Assembly: GCA_012295275.1 (NCBI GenBank)
Contig: CM022672.1
Location: 25,296,001-25,360,000, forward strand
Origin: Chrysomallon squamiferum
Taxonomy: Eukaryota; Animalia; Mollusca
Direction: 5' to 3'
Length of the DNA stretch: 64,000 bases
Made by a program: the position numbers and the translations under genes. Below the pieces are notes generated by a model, which saw nothing but the letters and a program-made list of their open reading frames with translations, made no database searches and was not told where the DNA came from. Each line of letters begins with the position of its first letter. Position 1 is the stretch's first letter. This document shows positions 30,151 through 42,956 of the stretch, one piece after another.

Positions 30151-30337
30151 ATATCGTCAAATATAAACTAGGAACTATTATTAAAATCACCTGTAACCTA
30201 ATAATATGAACCTAAGCTATTATTAATATCAAATCTAATTCTTGAAAAGTAGTGGTAACAATTACATTATTGTTAATGTTAACTGTGATGCCTTAATAGT
30301 GTCAAGCTAAAAAAAACAACAACAACAAACATAAGAG

Positions 30338-30382
<45 letters not shown>

Positions 30383-31026
30383 GAAAATTTATATTGGTAA
30401 ATGAACTATTTTTAATAATAATTGTAAACATTTATTAATACCAGCTGTAAATTATTATCAATATCAGCAATGTTATTAATCAGAAGAAATAAACCCCAAT
30501 AATAAAAAAAACACCAAAACATCAAATTTATATTGATTTCTTTTCTAATGTCCAAAGAAAGCGTTATCAACATATATATCTTTAAAAATATATATATATA
30601 TATATTTTTTTTTTTGCTGTATGTAAGAATCTAGGAGATATTCCGATGAAGGACAGTATGCTATTGTTTGTATATATATATATATATATATTTTTTTTTT
30701 AAAACAAAATTATTTTCGAGATAATAGAGACAGAGTGAGGAATGGACTGATGCGAAGTATATATATATACACGGATATTAATGATATAATTTCTGTTAAA
30801 AATAATAAATGGATTTGTATGTAGAAAGCTTATTTATGACATGCGAGAAAATATCTCTCTCTATCTACTTGTGTATGTATTACCTCTCTCTATGTATGTA
30901 TGTATGTATCTACGTATGTATATCTATGTTTGTATGTGGGTATGTATATCACGCAAACAAACAAATTCATGCACATACATGATACACAAAAAGACGTATG
31001 ACAGACACAGTTTATTATAACAGTAC

Positions 31027-31236
31027 CTGGGTTTGGGCTGGAAACTCGTTTGGTGTTTTCCGTGGAAGGAGATCTGGTGAATAACACCGCTCTGCAATAG
31101 CTATAGGACCTCTCGATCAAGCTGTAGTTTTGGTATTCTAACCCTTCGTTCTGGAAAACAAATTCATCGGCTTCTCTTTTCTGGGCCATATTGAAGTTCA
31201 TAACCTCACTGCTACCTCCCTTCATTTCACTAAAAG
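31027..31236 (-). CDS. TIR copy 1 exon A (AFSEMKGGSSEV...RVSSPNP), 210 nt, phase 1-1
   Basis: cattag acceptor, CAG|GTACTG donor; open and in frame with the TIR exon. Confidence 0.7.
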
Positions 31237-31286
31237 CTAATGAATGAATGAATGAATAAATAAATAAACAAATAGAGAGATACTCA

Positions 31287-31376
<90 letters not shown>

Positions 31377-31593
31377 CCTCCCTCTCTCTCTCTCTCTCTC
31401 TCATTAATATCGTCAAATATAAACTAGGAACTATTGTTAAAATCACCTGTAACCTAATGATATGAACCTAAGCTATTATTAATATCAAATCTAATTCTTG
31501 AAAAGTAGTGGTAACAATTACATTATTGTTAATGTTAACTGTGATGCCTTAATAGTGTCAAGCTAAAAAAAACAACAACAACAAACATAAGAG

Positions 31594-31632
<39 letters not shown>

Positions 31633-31996
31633 GAAACTTTATATTGGTAAATGAACTATTTTTAATAATAATTGTAAACATTTATTAATACCAGCTGTAA
31701 ATTATTATCAATATCAGCAATGTTATTAATCAGAAGAAATAAACTCCAATAATAAAAAAAACCCCAAAACATCAAATTTATATTGATTTCTTTTCTAATG
31801 TCCAAAGAAAGCGTTATCAACATATATCTTTAAAAATATATATATATATATTTTTTTTTTTGTATGTAAGAATCTAGGAGATATTCCGATGAAGGACAGT
31901 ATGCTATTGTTTGTATATATATATATTTTTTTTTTTTTTAAAACAAAATTATTTTCGAGATAATAGAGACAGAGTGAGGAATGGACTGATGCGAAG

Positions 31997-32027
<31 letters not shown>

Positions 32028-32046
32028 AGGTATTATACGTGTTTAC

Positions 32047-32596
32047 CTCCCTCTTTCTTTGCAGTGTTGCTGTCAGTCAAACTCAGACAGTCATCAGCCT
32101 GGAGTCGCATCCTGTACTTTTCTATTCCTGACTTCAAGGCACGATCCAGCCTACCAGTCCAGTCTTCTCTCCTTTCTCTCCAGTGATTTATAGGTAGAAA
32201 AAGGACTCTTCTCAAGTTCAGCTCCCTGGGTATTTCATCCTGTGTTAATCCAAAGGCGATAGGAATAAGACGATAAGCCTGCTGCTCTTCCAACAACAAC
32301 TTGAAGACTGAATTCTGACAGTAATGTTCCCAAGAACTTCGTAAAAACTCCTGGGTCAGAACGATCAGGACAAAAAAGGAACTATCAAAAGTTTCGAAAT
32401 GTTCGTCAAAGAAAGACTGACCTGGACAGGCATCGCGAGATACAACATAGTTAGGACGATAGCCAAGCTGTTCTAAAGTGTCTGATATAAATAAAGCTTT
32501 GTCTTCATCTTCTTCAACTGATTCCTTATGGATAATGTAACAATAGTATTTAAATTCAGGAGGTAATTCAGGAGGTAATTCATCAGCCATTACCAT
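32047..32596 (-). CDS. TIR gene copy 1, TIR-domain exon (first coding exon; acceptor at 32611)
   Basis: TIR pattern: betaA YCYIIH, DE..AL...LEQLG, BB loop RDACPG, betaC FVLIVLTQEFLRSSW, betaD RLIPI, EIPREL. Acceptor ttcttcag; G|GTAAA donor (phase 1) conserved in all four copies. Confidence 0.9.
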
Positions 32597-33230
32597 TTTT
32601 TCCTCAAAATTCTGAAGAAAAAAAAGAAACAATAAAAAAATTAAAAAAAAAAAAAAATTGAAAAATTAAATTAAGTATCTAATCCACACACACACACATT
32701 CACATATATGAATGTGTGTTTGTGTTTTATACACACATATACATAAACACACATACATTCATATATGTTCGTGAAGGAAAATGCATCAACAGTAAATTAA
32801 GTACGTTATTAAACTGGCGCAGACATAACAATACATTTAGAACTGTGTTTAAAACCAACGCTGTCAGAATTTTGACCTAGCCAGTCATGGATCGACTGAA
32901 CATAGAAATATATCGCAGAATGACGTGAGTAGGTAATGAAGCTAAGATTTGCATTTTAGAATCTGTAATTTTCACGAGTAATTTCATGACGGCCCTGGGT
33001 TATTATTAAATACCCGGAAGGCCTTAACTTTTTTCATTGTAACTGTTTTCCCGCGCAAAATGAATCGCCATTAAATACCAAAATATAGATTGAACAATAT
33101 CATTATTCCTTCATGTAGTTCGAAATTCAGAATTCGAATGAACTTTCTTTGTATTCTATCCTTAATTATTTCATTCATTACAATATTTAGCCATTAATAC
33201 AGTGTAAAGGCAGAGAGAAAACAAACTTAC

Positions 33231-33290
33231 TGCATCGTCAAGGTAAAAATGCTCGATAGGAAATTACGTATTGGCTAACTTCTATATTTA
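33231..33290 (-). other. Probable non-coding 5' exon of the TIR genes (donor CA|GTAAGT; equivalents end at 41285, 47040, 52707); 5' boundary unknown
   Basis: Strong donor at the homologous position upstream of all four TIR exons, each of which has an acceptor just before its ATG. Confidence 0.5.
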
Positions 33291-35537
33291 ACTGCGATTA
33301 TTTAGGACAGGCTTCTGACTTACGTTGTTTGATGCATATCATGTGATCGTTGAGTGATCATAACTGTTTAATTTTTTAATTAAATATTTCACATTACAAT
33401 AAAATGTATTATAAAATTAAAATTATATGGTGCAATAATATTATAATTTTAAAACTTTAGCACTTCCTGGATCGTTAATTGCAGGTTCGGCTCTAACAGA
33501 CTGTATTTTTTGAACGGTTTGTTTGCGAGGGGATAGCTTTAAAAATTAGGTTTCAAATATATATTATTTTATGTATATTTAGATGTGTGAGTGTGTTTCT
33601 TTAAATATGTGTACGTTTGAGTGGTGTTTACATTTGTGTTGGTCTGTCAGATTACGAGTAAAACTGATGTGTTAAACAGATTTTAATAATATATATTTAT
33701 TTTTAAAACATATTTATTGTCGAGATTCTGAATGTTCAACATGACCACTGTTATTATGTTATAACTGAAAATCAGGTACAAAAATTTATTTCTAGAAATT
33801 CAGAATCGTTTTACGATTTGTATCCTTAACCTGTATATATGTGTGTGTGTCTGTGTGTGTTTGTGTGCGTGTGTGTGTGTGTGTCTGTGTGTGTGTGTGT
33901 GTGAATTTATTTGAATAGTTTCGTGTGACACATGATTCTAGAAGTTCTAGTATGAGTTTGCACATTTTCTTTTCATGTGTGCCTTTCCCCATAAGCATTA
34001 TCTTTATTTTACTAATTTAAAAATCTATTGGGTGTCAAAATCATCATAATCATCGTCAAGATAATTATCATCATCACTGTGGTTTTCGTCATCATCATCA
34101 TCGTCCTCGTAGACGTCATCAATATCATCATCGTCATAATCATCATCATCATAATCACCACCATCATCTTCATCATCATCATCATCACCATCATTATCAT
34201 GATAATGTTCCATTGTTTGGCGAAAGCGTCTAAGATATCTCTGTGTTTCCATTCCTCACTGATTGTTTAATCTTTATTGTAAGTAAATTCTTTATCAGTG
34301 ATAGATTTATTTTTTACTGACAATGATAGAAATATGAACTGAAAACTGCATTAAATTGACAATAACACTACAGAAGAGGAGTTATATTTTATTTACTGTT
34401 AAACTGCACTTCAAAACAGAAATTAAACTGACATGTTGATTTTTCTACATACATAACGATCATCCTTTGTAAATAAATAATGAATGAACGAACGATTAAT
34501 AAAAATAAATAAATGAATAAATAAATAATAATGAAAATTAAATAAAAATAAACAAATAGAATAAAAAGATTAATTATTAAAACTATTTCTTATATTTCTT
34601 CTTCTACAACTTTGCTAAAATCACTATTCTACCAGTGTAATAATCATAGTAATAACGATAATAACAATACTATAATAATAACAAAAACAACAATGACAAC
34701 AATAATAATATTAAGAGCAATAATGATAATAATAGTATTAGTAATAATAGTAGCGGTATAAGAGGTATTATTGTTAGCAGTAGCAGTAGTAGTGGTGGTG
34801 GTGGTGGTAGTAGTAGTAGTAACTAAGTAAGCAAGTAATTATAAAATACTCCAGTTCCGTCGTTATCGACTCATTATTCTTATCGTTTAAAACTTAAATA
34901 TTAAATAATCTAGATTTCTGTCAAGATAATAATATTTTACATTTAATTCCCATTCGCTTCAAACTATTAAATATTTCGAGTAATATTTGAAATAACAATC
35001 GAAGATTTAAATCAAAATCTGTCATGGAATTTTGACCAAGAAAATGATTTATAAATAAATGGGTAAGAAAAAAAAAAAAAAAAAAAAAAACAACACGTAA
35101 ATGTGTCAAAAACAATATGACAAAAATGGAATAAGAAAATACTATAACTACTGTTACTATTACTAAATAAATAAATATATATATAATTGGTAAGCTTGGA
35201 TGTTTCAAAAGAAATAAAAAGTAAAGTAAATAAAGTTTAGCATAAAAACCTTAGTTCTGCAATAATGTTTTGCATGACAATGCATGTTTCAAAATGAATA
35301 AATAAATAAATAAATAAATGACTTTGCACTAAAAAGTTTGCAGGCGTTTCACTTTTTTTTTTTTTTGTATTTTTCTTCTTTTTTTTTTAATTCGGGGTAG
35401 TTACACTTGCTGGTTATTACACATTTATGTCTTATTTGAAAAAGAAAAACAATAGCAAATGCTCGGTTACAGTTACTTCCTATGACAACTTGTTCCGTTA
35501 ACCAACCGGTAACTTTTTGACGTAAGTTCTAAAAGCT

Positions 35538-35734
35538 TCACTGAAGCTCGAAACCTGAATAAAAAGCAGACGACATTCCGTCCAAGCCAGAAGACAGAAG
35601 AATGGTGAAACTGTCGCTTGTACAGTTTTGGGATTCTAACCACTCGTCCTGGAGAACAGATTCTTCAACTTCTTTTTTCTGAGCCATACTGCAGGGAAAA
35701 ACGTAATAGTCACCTCCGTTCATTTCGCTGAAAG
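35538..35734 (-). other. Orphan A/B-hybrid terminal exon (AFSEMNGGDYY...LLSSGLDGMSSAFYSGFELQ*), duplicate of 49352-49548
   Basis: ttcattag acceptor, phase 1, open to TGA. No TIR exon of its own; lies downstream of copy 2. Confidence 0.55.
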
Positions 35735-35897
35735 CTAATGAAAAAATGAAAGAATAAATAAATAAATAAATAATTAAATAAATAAATAAATCGATAGCAG
35801 CTTTATAAGGCTGTAAATGAATAAAGAAAGAAATAATTATAATAAGATGACAATGGTAATTACAATTTAAAAATACAAAACAAAACATACAAAAATA

Positions 35898-35974
<77 letters not shown>

Positions 35975-36541
35975 CATCACATTAACGTCTCAATTTTTAT
36001 CCAACAGTTGTTGTTTTTTCTTCAGTTAAATAAATAAATCAAGTAACTGTCAGCAAATCACAAAATTTGACTAAATTTTATCATAAAAATACAGGGGGAT
36101 AACTCTTCAAAGGCCCGATCATTTTCCACCTTGTTTGATTTGAAATACTGTTCTGTACTACAGTTACAGTGTATGCAATCCAGCTTTGGGTGGTGATAAG
36201 CATAATTCTTTACTCTCTGACTCTTTCTGCCTCTCTTTCTCTGTCTCTCTCTATATATCTCTACTGTCTTTATCTCTCTGTCTCTGTGTGTGTCTCTCTT
36301 TATCTTTGTTTGCCTCTCTTTCTCTCTCGGGCCAGTTCTCTGCAACATAACTACGATATTACTGTCTATAATGTTATACTATAGTTGTCTATCGTGTTGT
36401 GGAAATAGGCGAAGAAAATAAAGATGTAATCGAAATCGAACTTGTGTAGTTTTTGAGTGAGGGCGCTTTACGCACCTGGCCACATTAGTATACACTGTAG
36501 GCTAATATTAATATAAACTAATGATATTAATAACTCTAATT

Positions 36542-36606
<65 letters not shown>

Positions 36607-36689
36607 TCTTCCACTGACACTGCGCCCAAAACAAACCATCTCTCCAAAATCATGCACTGCTTTCTTCTCTGTAATAATAACACACACGT

Positions 36690-37208
36690 ACACAGAATTC
36701 AGTAAATTTGTACATTTACTAGAACAGTTTTAGATACAGTTCAGTACATTTGTACACTTACTAGAACAGTTTTAAATACAGTTCAGTAAATTTGTACACT
36801 TACTAGAACAATTTTAAATACAGTACAGTATTTGTATACTTATTAGAACAATTTTAATACAGTACAATACATTTGTACACTTACTAGTACAGTTTTAAAT
36901 ACAGTACTATACATCTGTACACTTACTAGGACAGTTTTAAATACAGTACAGTATATTTGTACAATAACTACAACAGTTTTAAATACAGTACAGTACAATT
37001 GTATACTTACTGGAATAATTTTAAATGCAGTACAGTACATTTGTACACTTACTAGAACAGTTTTAAATACAATACAGTATTTGTACACTTATTAGAACAT
37101 TTTTAAATACAGTACAGTATTTGTACACTTACTAGAACAGTTTTAAATACAGTACAGTAAATTTGTACACTTACTAGAACAGTTTTAAATACAGTAAAGT
37201 ACATTTGT
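36690..37208. repeat. Shorter array of the same minisatellite downstream of TIR copy 2
   Basis: Same unit and variant order as about 27370-27948. Confidence 0.9.
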
Positions 37209-37538
37209 TATTTGTTATTTGATATAAGTAATATGATATATATATATATATATACAATCAAACTAATTTTTATTAACATTTTTTTTTTATACAAAGCTTC
37301 TTGTTTTTATATGTGTACTTAAAAGGTTTAATTCGTCCGTTTCTCAAGTCAAAGTCTTTGATGACGTCCTCAGATCCGTTGCTAGAAAACTAATTATTCT
37401 TCTGAGGCTGCTACAATGTGCTAACTTTGCCTATAGGATAATACTGCCTTCAAGATGAAATGACTTCCATCACAGTTATCAAAATTAGAAGAGGAAGGGA
37501 GACAATCACTATTTACGCTCTCACTGACATAAATTTAG

Positions 37539-37615
37539 TTAAAAGTATGGCTGATCAGGTTTGGATAGAAGGTGACATGCCATTCTGAATGAATGTTCCC
37601 CGAAACTAAGGTTAC
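37539..37615 (-). CDS. TIR copy 2 terminal exon C
   Basis: 77 nt to TAA, near-identical to 28280-28356. Confidence 0.68.
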
Positions 37616-37660
37616 CTGGAAAAATAATAAAAAGCAAGCAAATAAACAAACCGACAAGCA

Positions 37661-37738
<78 letters not shown>

Positions 37739-38324
37739 ATTAATTAATTAATTAATTAAAGGTCTTATAGCTGATAGATGCAGGTTCCACATAGAAATAG
37801 TTAACATCATCGCACGAGCTTTAGTCCTTTGAATATCTGAACAGTTTTCCCATTGCATTATCGTGTATAGTTCTTAATTATAATACTAATTACGCTTTCT
37901 TCCATTGGTCCTAATTAAAAATTTGTTTCTCATCCATTTTCTACTTTTTTCTTTATCAAACACAAACACAAGACAGCGAAAAAGCGAGCGAGCGAGAGAG
38001 AAAGATAGGGCAACAATAGCAACGACAATAACAAATCAAAGAAAACAAAACAACACTATAAGAGACAGAAAACATAGAAAAACAAAATAAAACACACACA
38101 CATACACATACACAAACAAAAATAAGTAATCAAATAAATCAAATAAAACGACCTTAATAATAATAATGATAATAATAATAATAATTAAAAAAAAAAAAAA
38201 TTCCAAAAAGAACAAAAAAAAAAAAAAAAAAACCCTCCAAGAAACCAACCAAATAAAACCAAACAAAACGAAACAATAAGAAATATTAATAAACACGTAA
38301 AATGAATATAAACATATAACTAAC

Positions 38325-38462
38325 TAGATGGAAGCGATATACTGGAAAAGACAGACGACATTTTGTTCCAGCCAGAAGACAACAGAACTCGGACACTGCT
38401 GAAAGATTCCAACTCAGCCGGACTTCCACTGCTGCCGCTTATATTGAGTTCAGAAAACGCCA
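38325..38462 (-). CDS. TIR copy 2 exon B (contains FSELNIS)
   Basis: 138 nt, near-identical to 29039-29176, same splice sites. Confidence 0.65.
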
Positions 38463-39091
38463 CTGAAATAGAACAAAATTTGTGTGATTTGCAGTCTGAG
38501 TTCTCACCCTGTACAAATCTGCTTTGTGCAAAATATACCAGGGGTTGTGTTTGCGTCAGAAACGTTCGTTCAATTGTTACGCTCTACATGGAAGCCTGCA
38601 AGGAAGCCTTGATACTCACTGTTGATAGTTCTGTGTTGATTTTGTGTGTTGATGTTCTGTAGTGATAATGTTTTCTTTGTGAGGAAGGGTTGTTAAATAC
38701 TTTTACATTTAAGCAAATAGTGTATAACTTGAAATAGCACCGTTTATGTTTTAAGTGTTTGCGTCTATGTATGTGTATATATACACGCAACACAAACACC
38801 ACACACAGACACCAAACGTGCACACACATACATACACGGATATTAATGATATAATTTCTGTTAAAAATAATAAATGGATTTGTATGTAGAAAGCTTATTT
38901 ATGACATGCGAGAAAATATCTCTCTCTATCTACTTGTGTATGTATTACCTCTCTCTATGTATGTATGTATGTATCTACGTATGTATATCTATGTTTGTAT
39001 GTGGGTATGTATATCACGCAAACAAACAAATTCATGCACATACATGATACACAAAAAGACATATGACAGACACAGTTTATTATAACAGTAC

Positions 39092-39296
39092 CTGGGTTTG
39101 GGCTGGAAACTCGTTTGGTGTTTTCCGTGGAAGGAGATATGGTGAATGACTTCTCTCTGTAATAGCTATAGGACCTCTCGATGAAGCTGTAGTTTTGGTA
39201 TTCATCCCTTCGTTCTGGGAAAACAAATTCTCTTTTTTTTCTGTGCCATATTGACGTTCATAACCTCACTGTCACCTCCCTTCATTTCACTAAAAG
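39092..39296 (-). pseudogene. TIR copy 2 exon A, 205 nt: frameshifted, or a consensus error
   Basis: Splice sites intact but length is not a multiple of 3; indels around 39203-39240. Confidence 0.55.
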
Positions 39297-39343
39297 CTAA
39301 TGAATGAATGAATGAATAAATAAATAAACAAATAGAGAGATGC

Positions 39344-39436
<93 letters not shown>

Positions 39437-39645
39437 TATCGTCAAATATAAACTAGGAACTATTATTAAAATCACCTGTAACCTAATAATATGAACCTAA
39501 GCTATTATTAATATCAAATCTAATTCTTGAAAAGTAGTGGTAACAATTACATTATTGTTAATGTTAACTGTGATGCCTTAATAGTGTCAAGCTAAAAAAA
39601 ACAACAACACACACACAAAAAAAACAACAACAACAAACATAAGAG

Positions 39646-39699
<54 letters not shown>

Positions 39700-39987
39700 G
39701 AAAATTTATATTGGTAAATGAACTATTTTTAATAATAATTGTAAACATTTATTAATACCAGCTGTAAATTATTATCAATATCAGCAATGTTATTAATCAG
39801 AAGAAATAAACCCCAATAATAAAAAAAACACCAAAACATCTAATTTATATTGATTTCTTTTCTAATGTCCAAAGAAAGCGTTATCAACATATATATCTTT
39901 AAAAATATATATATATATATATATTTTTTTTTGCTGTATGTAAGAATCTAGGAGATATTCCGATGAAGGACAGTATGCTATTGTTTG

Positions 39988-40018
<31 letters not shown>

Positions 40019-40124
40019 TTTAAAACAAAATTATTTTCGAGATAATAGAGACAGAGTGAGGAATGGACTGATGCGAAGTATATATATATGTGTGTGTGTG
40101 TGTGTAGGTATTATACGTGTTTAC

Positions 40125-40656
40125 CTCCCTCTTTCTTTGCAGTGTTGCTGACAGTCAAACTCAAACAGTCATCAGCCTGGAGTCCCATCCTGTACTTTTC
40201 TATTCCTGACTTCAAGGCACGATCCAGCTTACCAGTCCAGTCTTCTTTCATCTCTCTCCAGTCACTTGTAGGCAGAAAAAGGACTCTTTTCACGTTCAGC
40301 TCCTTGGGTATTTCATCTTTTCTTAATCCAAAGGCGATAGGAATAAGACGATAACCCTGCTGGTCATTCAACAGCTCAAAGAAGGCTGAATTCTGACAGT
40401 AAATTTCCCAAGTACTTTGTAAAAACTCCTGGGTCAGAATGATCAGGACAAACAAGGAACTGGCTAAAGTTTCGAAATGTTCGTCAAAGTAAGAGTGACC
40501 TGGACAGGCATCGCGAGATGCAACGTAGTTAGGACGATAGCCAAGCCGTTCTAAATTCTTTGACATAAATAAAGCTTTCTGATCATCTTCTCCAACTGAT
40601 TCATTGTTGATAAAGTAACAACAGTATTTAAATTTACAAGGTACTAGATCAGCCAT
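40125..40656 (-). CDS. TIR gene copy 2, TIR-domain exon (acceptor at 40677)
   Basis: Intact paralogous TIR ORF with RDACPG; same phase-1 donor. Confidence 0.9.
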
Positions 40657-40695
40657 TACGATTTTTTCGTCAAAATTCTGAAAAAAAAAAAAAAA

Positions 40696-40744
<49 letters not shown>

Positions 40745-42494
40745 ATATTAAGTATCTAATCCACACACACACACACATTCATATATATGTATGTTTGTGT
40801 TTTATACACACACATCTTTTATACGTGAAGGGTAATGTATCAACAGTAAATTAAGTACGTTATTAAACTGGCGCAGCCATAACAATACATTTAGAACTGT
40901 GTTTAAAACCAACGCTGTCAGAATTTTGACCTAGCCAGTCATGGATCGACTGAACATAGAAATATATCGCAGAATGACGTGTGTAGGTAATGAAGCTAAG
41001 ATATGCATTTTAGAATCTGTAATTTTCACGAGTAATTTCATGACGGCCCTGGGTTATTATTAAATACCCGGAAGGCCTTAACTTTTTTCATTGTAACTGT
41101 TTTCCCGCGCAAAATGAATCGCCATTAAATACCAAAATATAGATTGAACAATATCATTATTCCTTCATGTAGTTCGAAATTCAGAATTCGAATGAACTTT
41201 CTTTGTATTCTATCTGTAATTATTTCATTAATTACAATATTTAACCATTAATACAGTGTAAAGGCAGAGAGAAAACAAACTTACTGTATTGTCAAGGTGA
41301 AAAGGCTCGATAGGAAATTACGTATTGGCTAACTTCTATATTTAACTGCGATTATTTAGGTCAGGCGTCGCTTCTGACTTACGTTGTTTGATGCATATCA
41401 TGTGATCGTTGAGTGATCATAACTGTTTAATTTTTTAATTAAATATTTCACATTACAATAAAATGTATTATAAAATTAAAATTATATGGTGCAATAATAT
41501 TATAATTTTAAAACTTTAGCACTTCCTGGATCGTTAATTGCAGGTTCGGCTCTAATAGACTGTATTTTTTGAACGGTTTGTTTGCGAGGGGATAGCTTTA
41601 AAAATTACGTTTTACTGTTTCAGTAATCGTTGTTGGTCGATTGGCAAAGACACAGAAATGACACACAGGATTTCATAAGCTGAGTCATGTTTTCACGTTT
41701 TTTTTTTTTTTTTTTATTGTGTTTTTCTCTTTTGTGACTGTTATCTTTGTTTCCGGTCTATGAGAAGGTGTATATGCAAACTATCTTTTGCTGCTTGTCG
41801 AAAAACAGTAGCCAATACCGGATGTATGACATAACTGCTGCTGGACGAAATCACCCCTTTTCATTACAGTTCGGAATAAATAACAGAATAAAAAATAAGT
41901 AAATAACAAATGAATAAATAAAAGGGAATCAGTAAAAAATTAATTAAATAAAATAATAATAATAAATTTAAAAAATAAAATCCCCACATAAATGCATCTA
42001 TAAAATTCCTTATAAATAAAAAAAAAAAAAAATGTACACATTTTTTAAATAAATAAATAAATAATTTAAAAAAATAAAATATTAAAATTTAAAATAAAAA
42101 CATACCTCCCCGACAAAAAAAAGAAGAAATATATATATATTAAACTGACAATAACACTACAGAAGAGGAGTTATATTTTATTTACATCTTCACAGTTAAA
42201 ACTGCACTTCAAAACAGAAATTTAACTGACATGTTGATTTTTCTACATACATAACAATAATCCTTTGTAATGAATGAAAGAAAGAATGAATAAAATAAAT
42301 AAATAAAATAAAAAGATTAATTTTTTTATTATATTTCTTCTGCTATTAATACTATGCTACTATCACTATTACTTCTACCAATATCTGAAATAATATTAAT
42401 AATAATAATAGTAATAATAATAATAATAAAATATAATAACAAAAACAACAATGACAAGAACAATAATATTAACAACAGTAATGATAACAATAAT

Positions 42495-42915
42495 GGTATT
42501 ATTATTGCTAATACAATCTAACATTAGTTTAAAACAATAGTAATGTTTACCGTCCTGTTAGTATCTTCTTTCTTATCCTTAATATCTAAAATATTATGAG
42601 CAGAGTCCAAATAACGTTTTGGAGGTAACATATCCAGATCTAGGGATGGGATATAGAAAGAAGAGTATACAGCGCATATATTTTTGGTCTTTTTTCGTTT
42701 GTTTCGTTTTGGTAATAACGATATAACTATCGTTTTGAAAGTTGTGTTTGCACTCTCCCCTTTTCATTACAGTTCCCAATAAATAACGGAATAAAAAATA
42801 AGTAAATAACAAATGAATAAATAAAAGGGAATCAGTAAAAAATTAATTAAATAAAATAATAATAATAAATTTAAAAAATAAAACTCCCACATAAATGAAT
42901 CTATAAAATTCCTTA

Positions 42916-42956
<41 letters not shown>

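Larger units (their letters stand above)
32113..36543. repeat. Segmental duplication block Y, direct copy at about 45932-50305
   Basis: Near-identical TIR core, upstream region, (CAT)n tract and hybrid exon. Confidence 0.9.

Noticed and set aside
34012-34270. Asp-rich and Met-rich ORFs (also 47820-48078 and about 55860-56050)
   Set aside because: Degenerate (CAT)n tract open in several frames; identity between copies is explained by block Y, and the older third copy is not conserved in length or frame.
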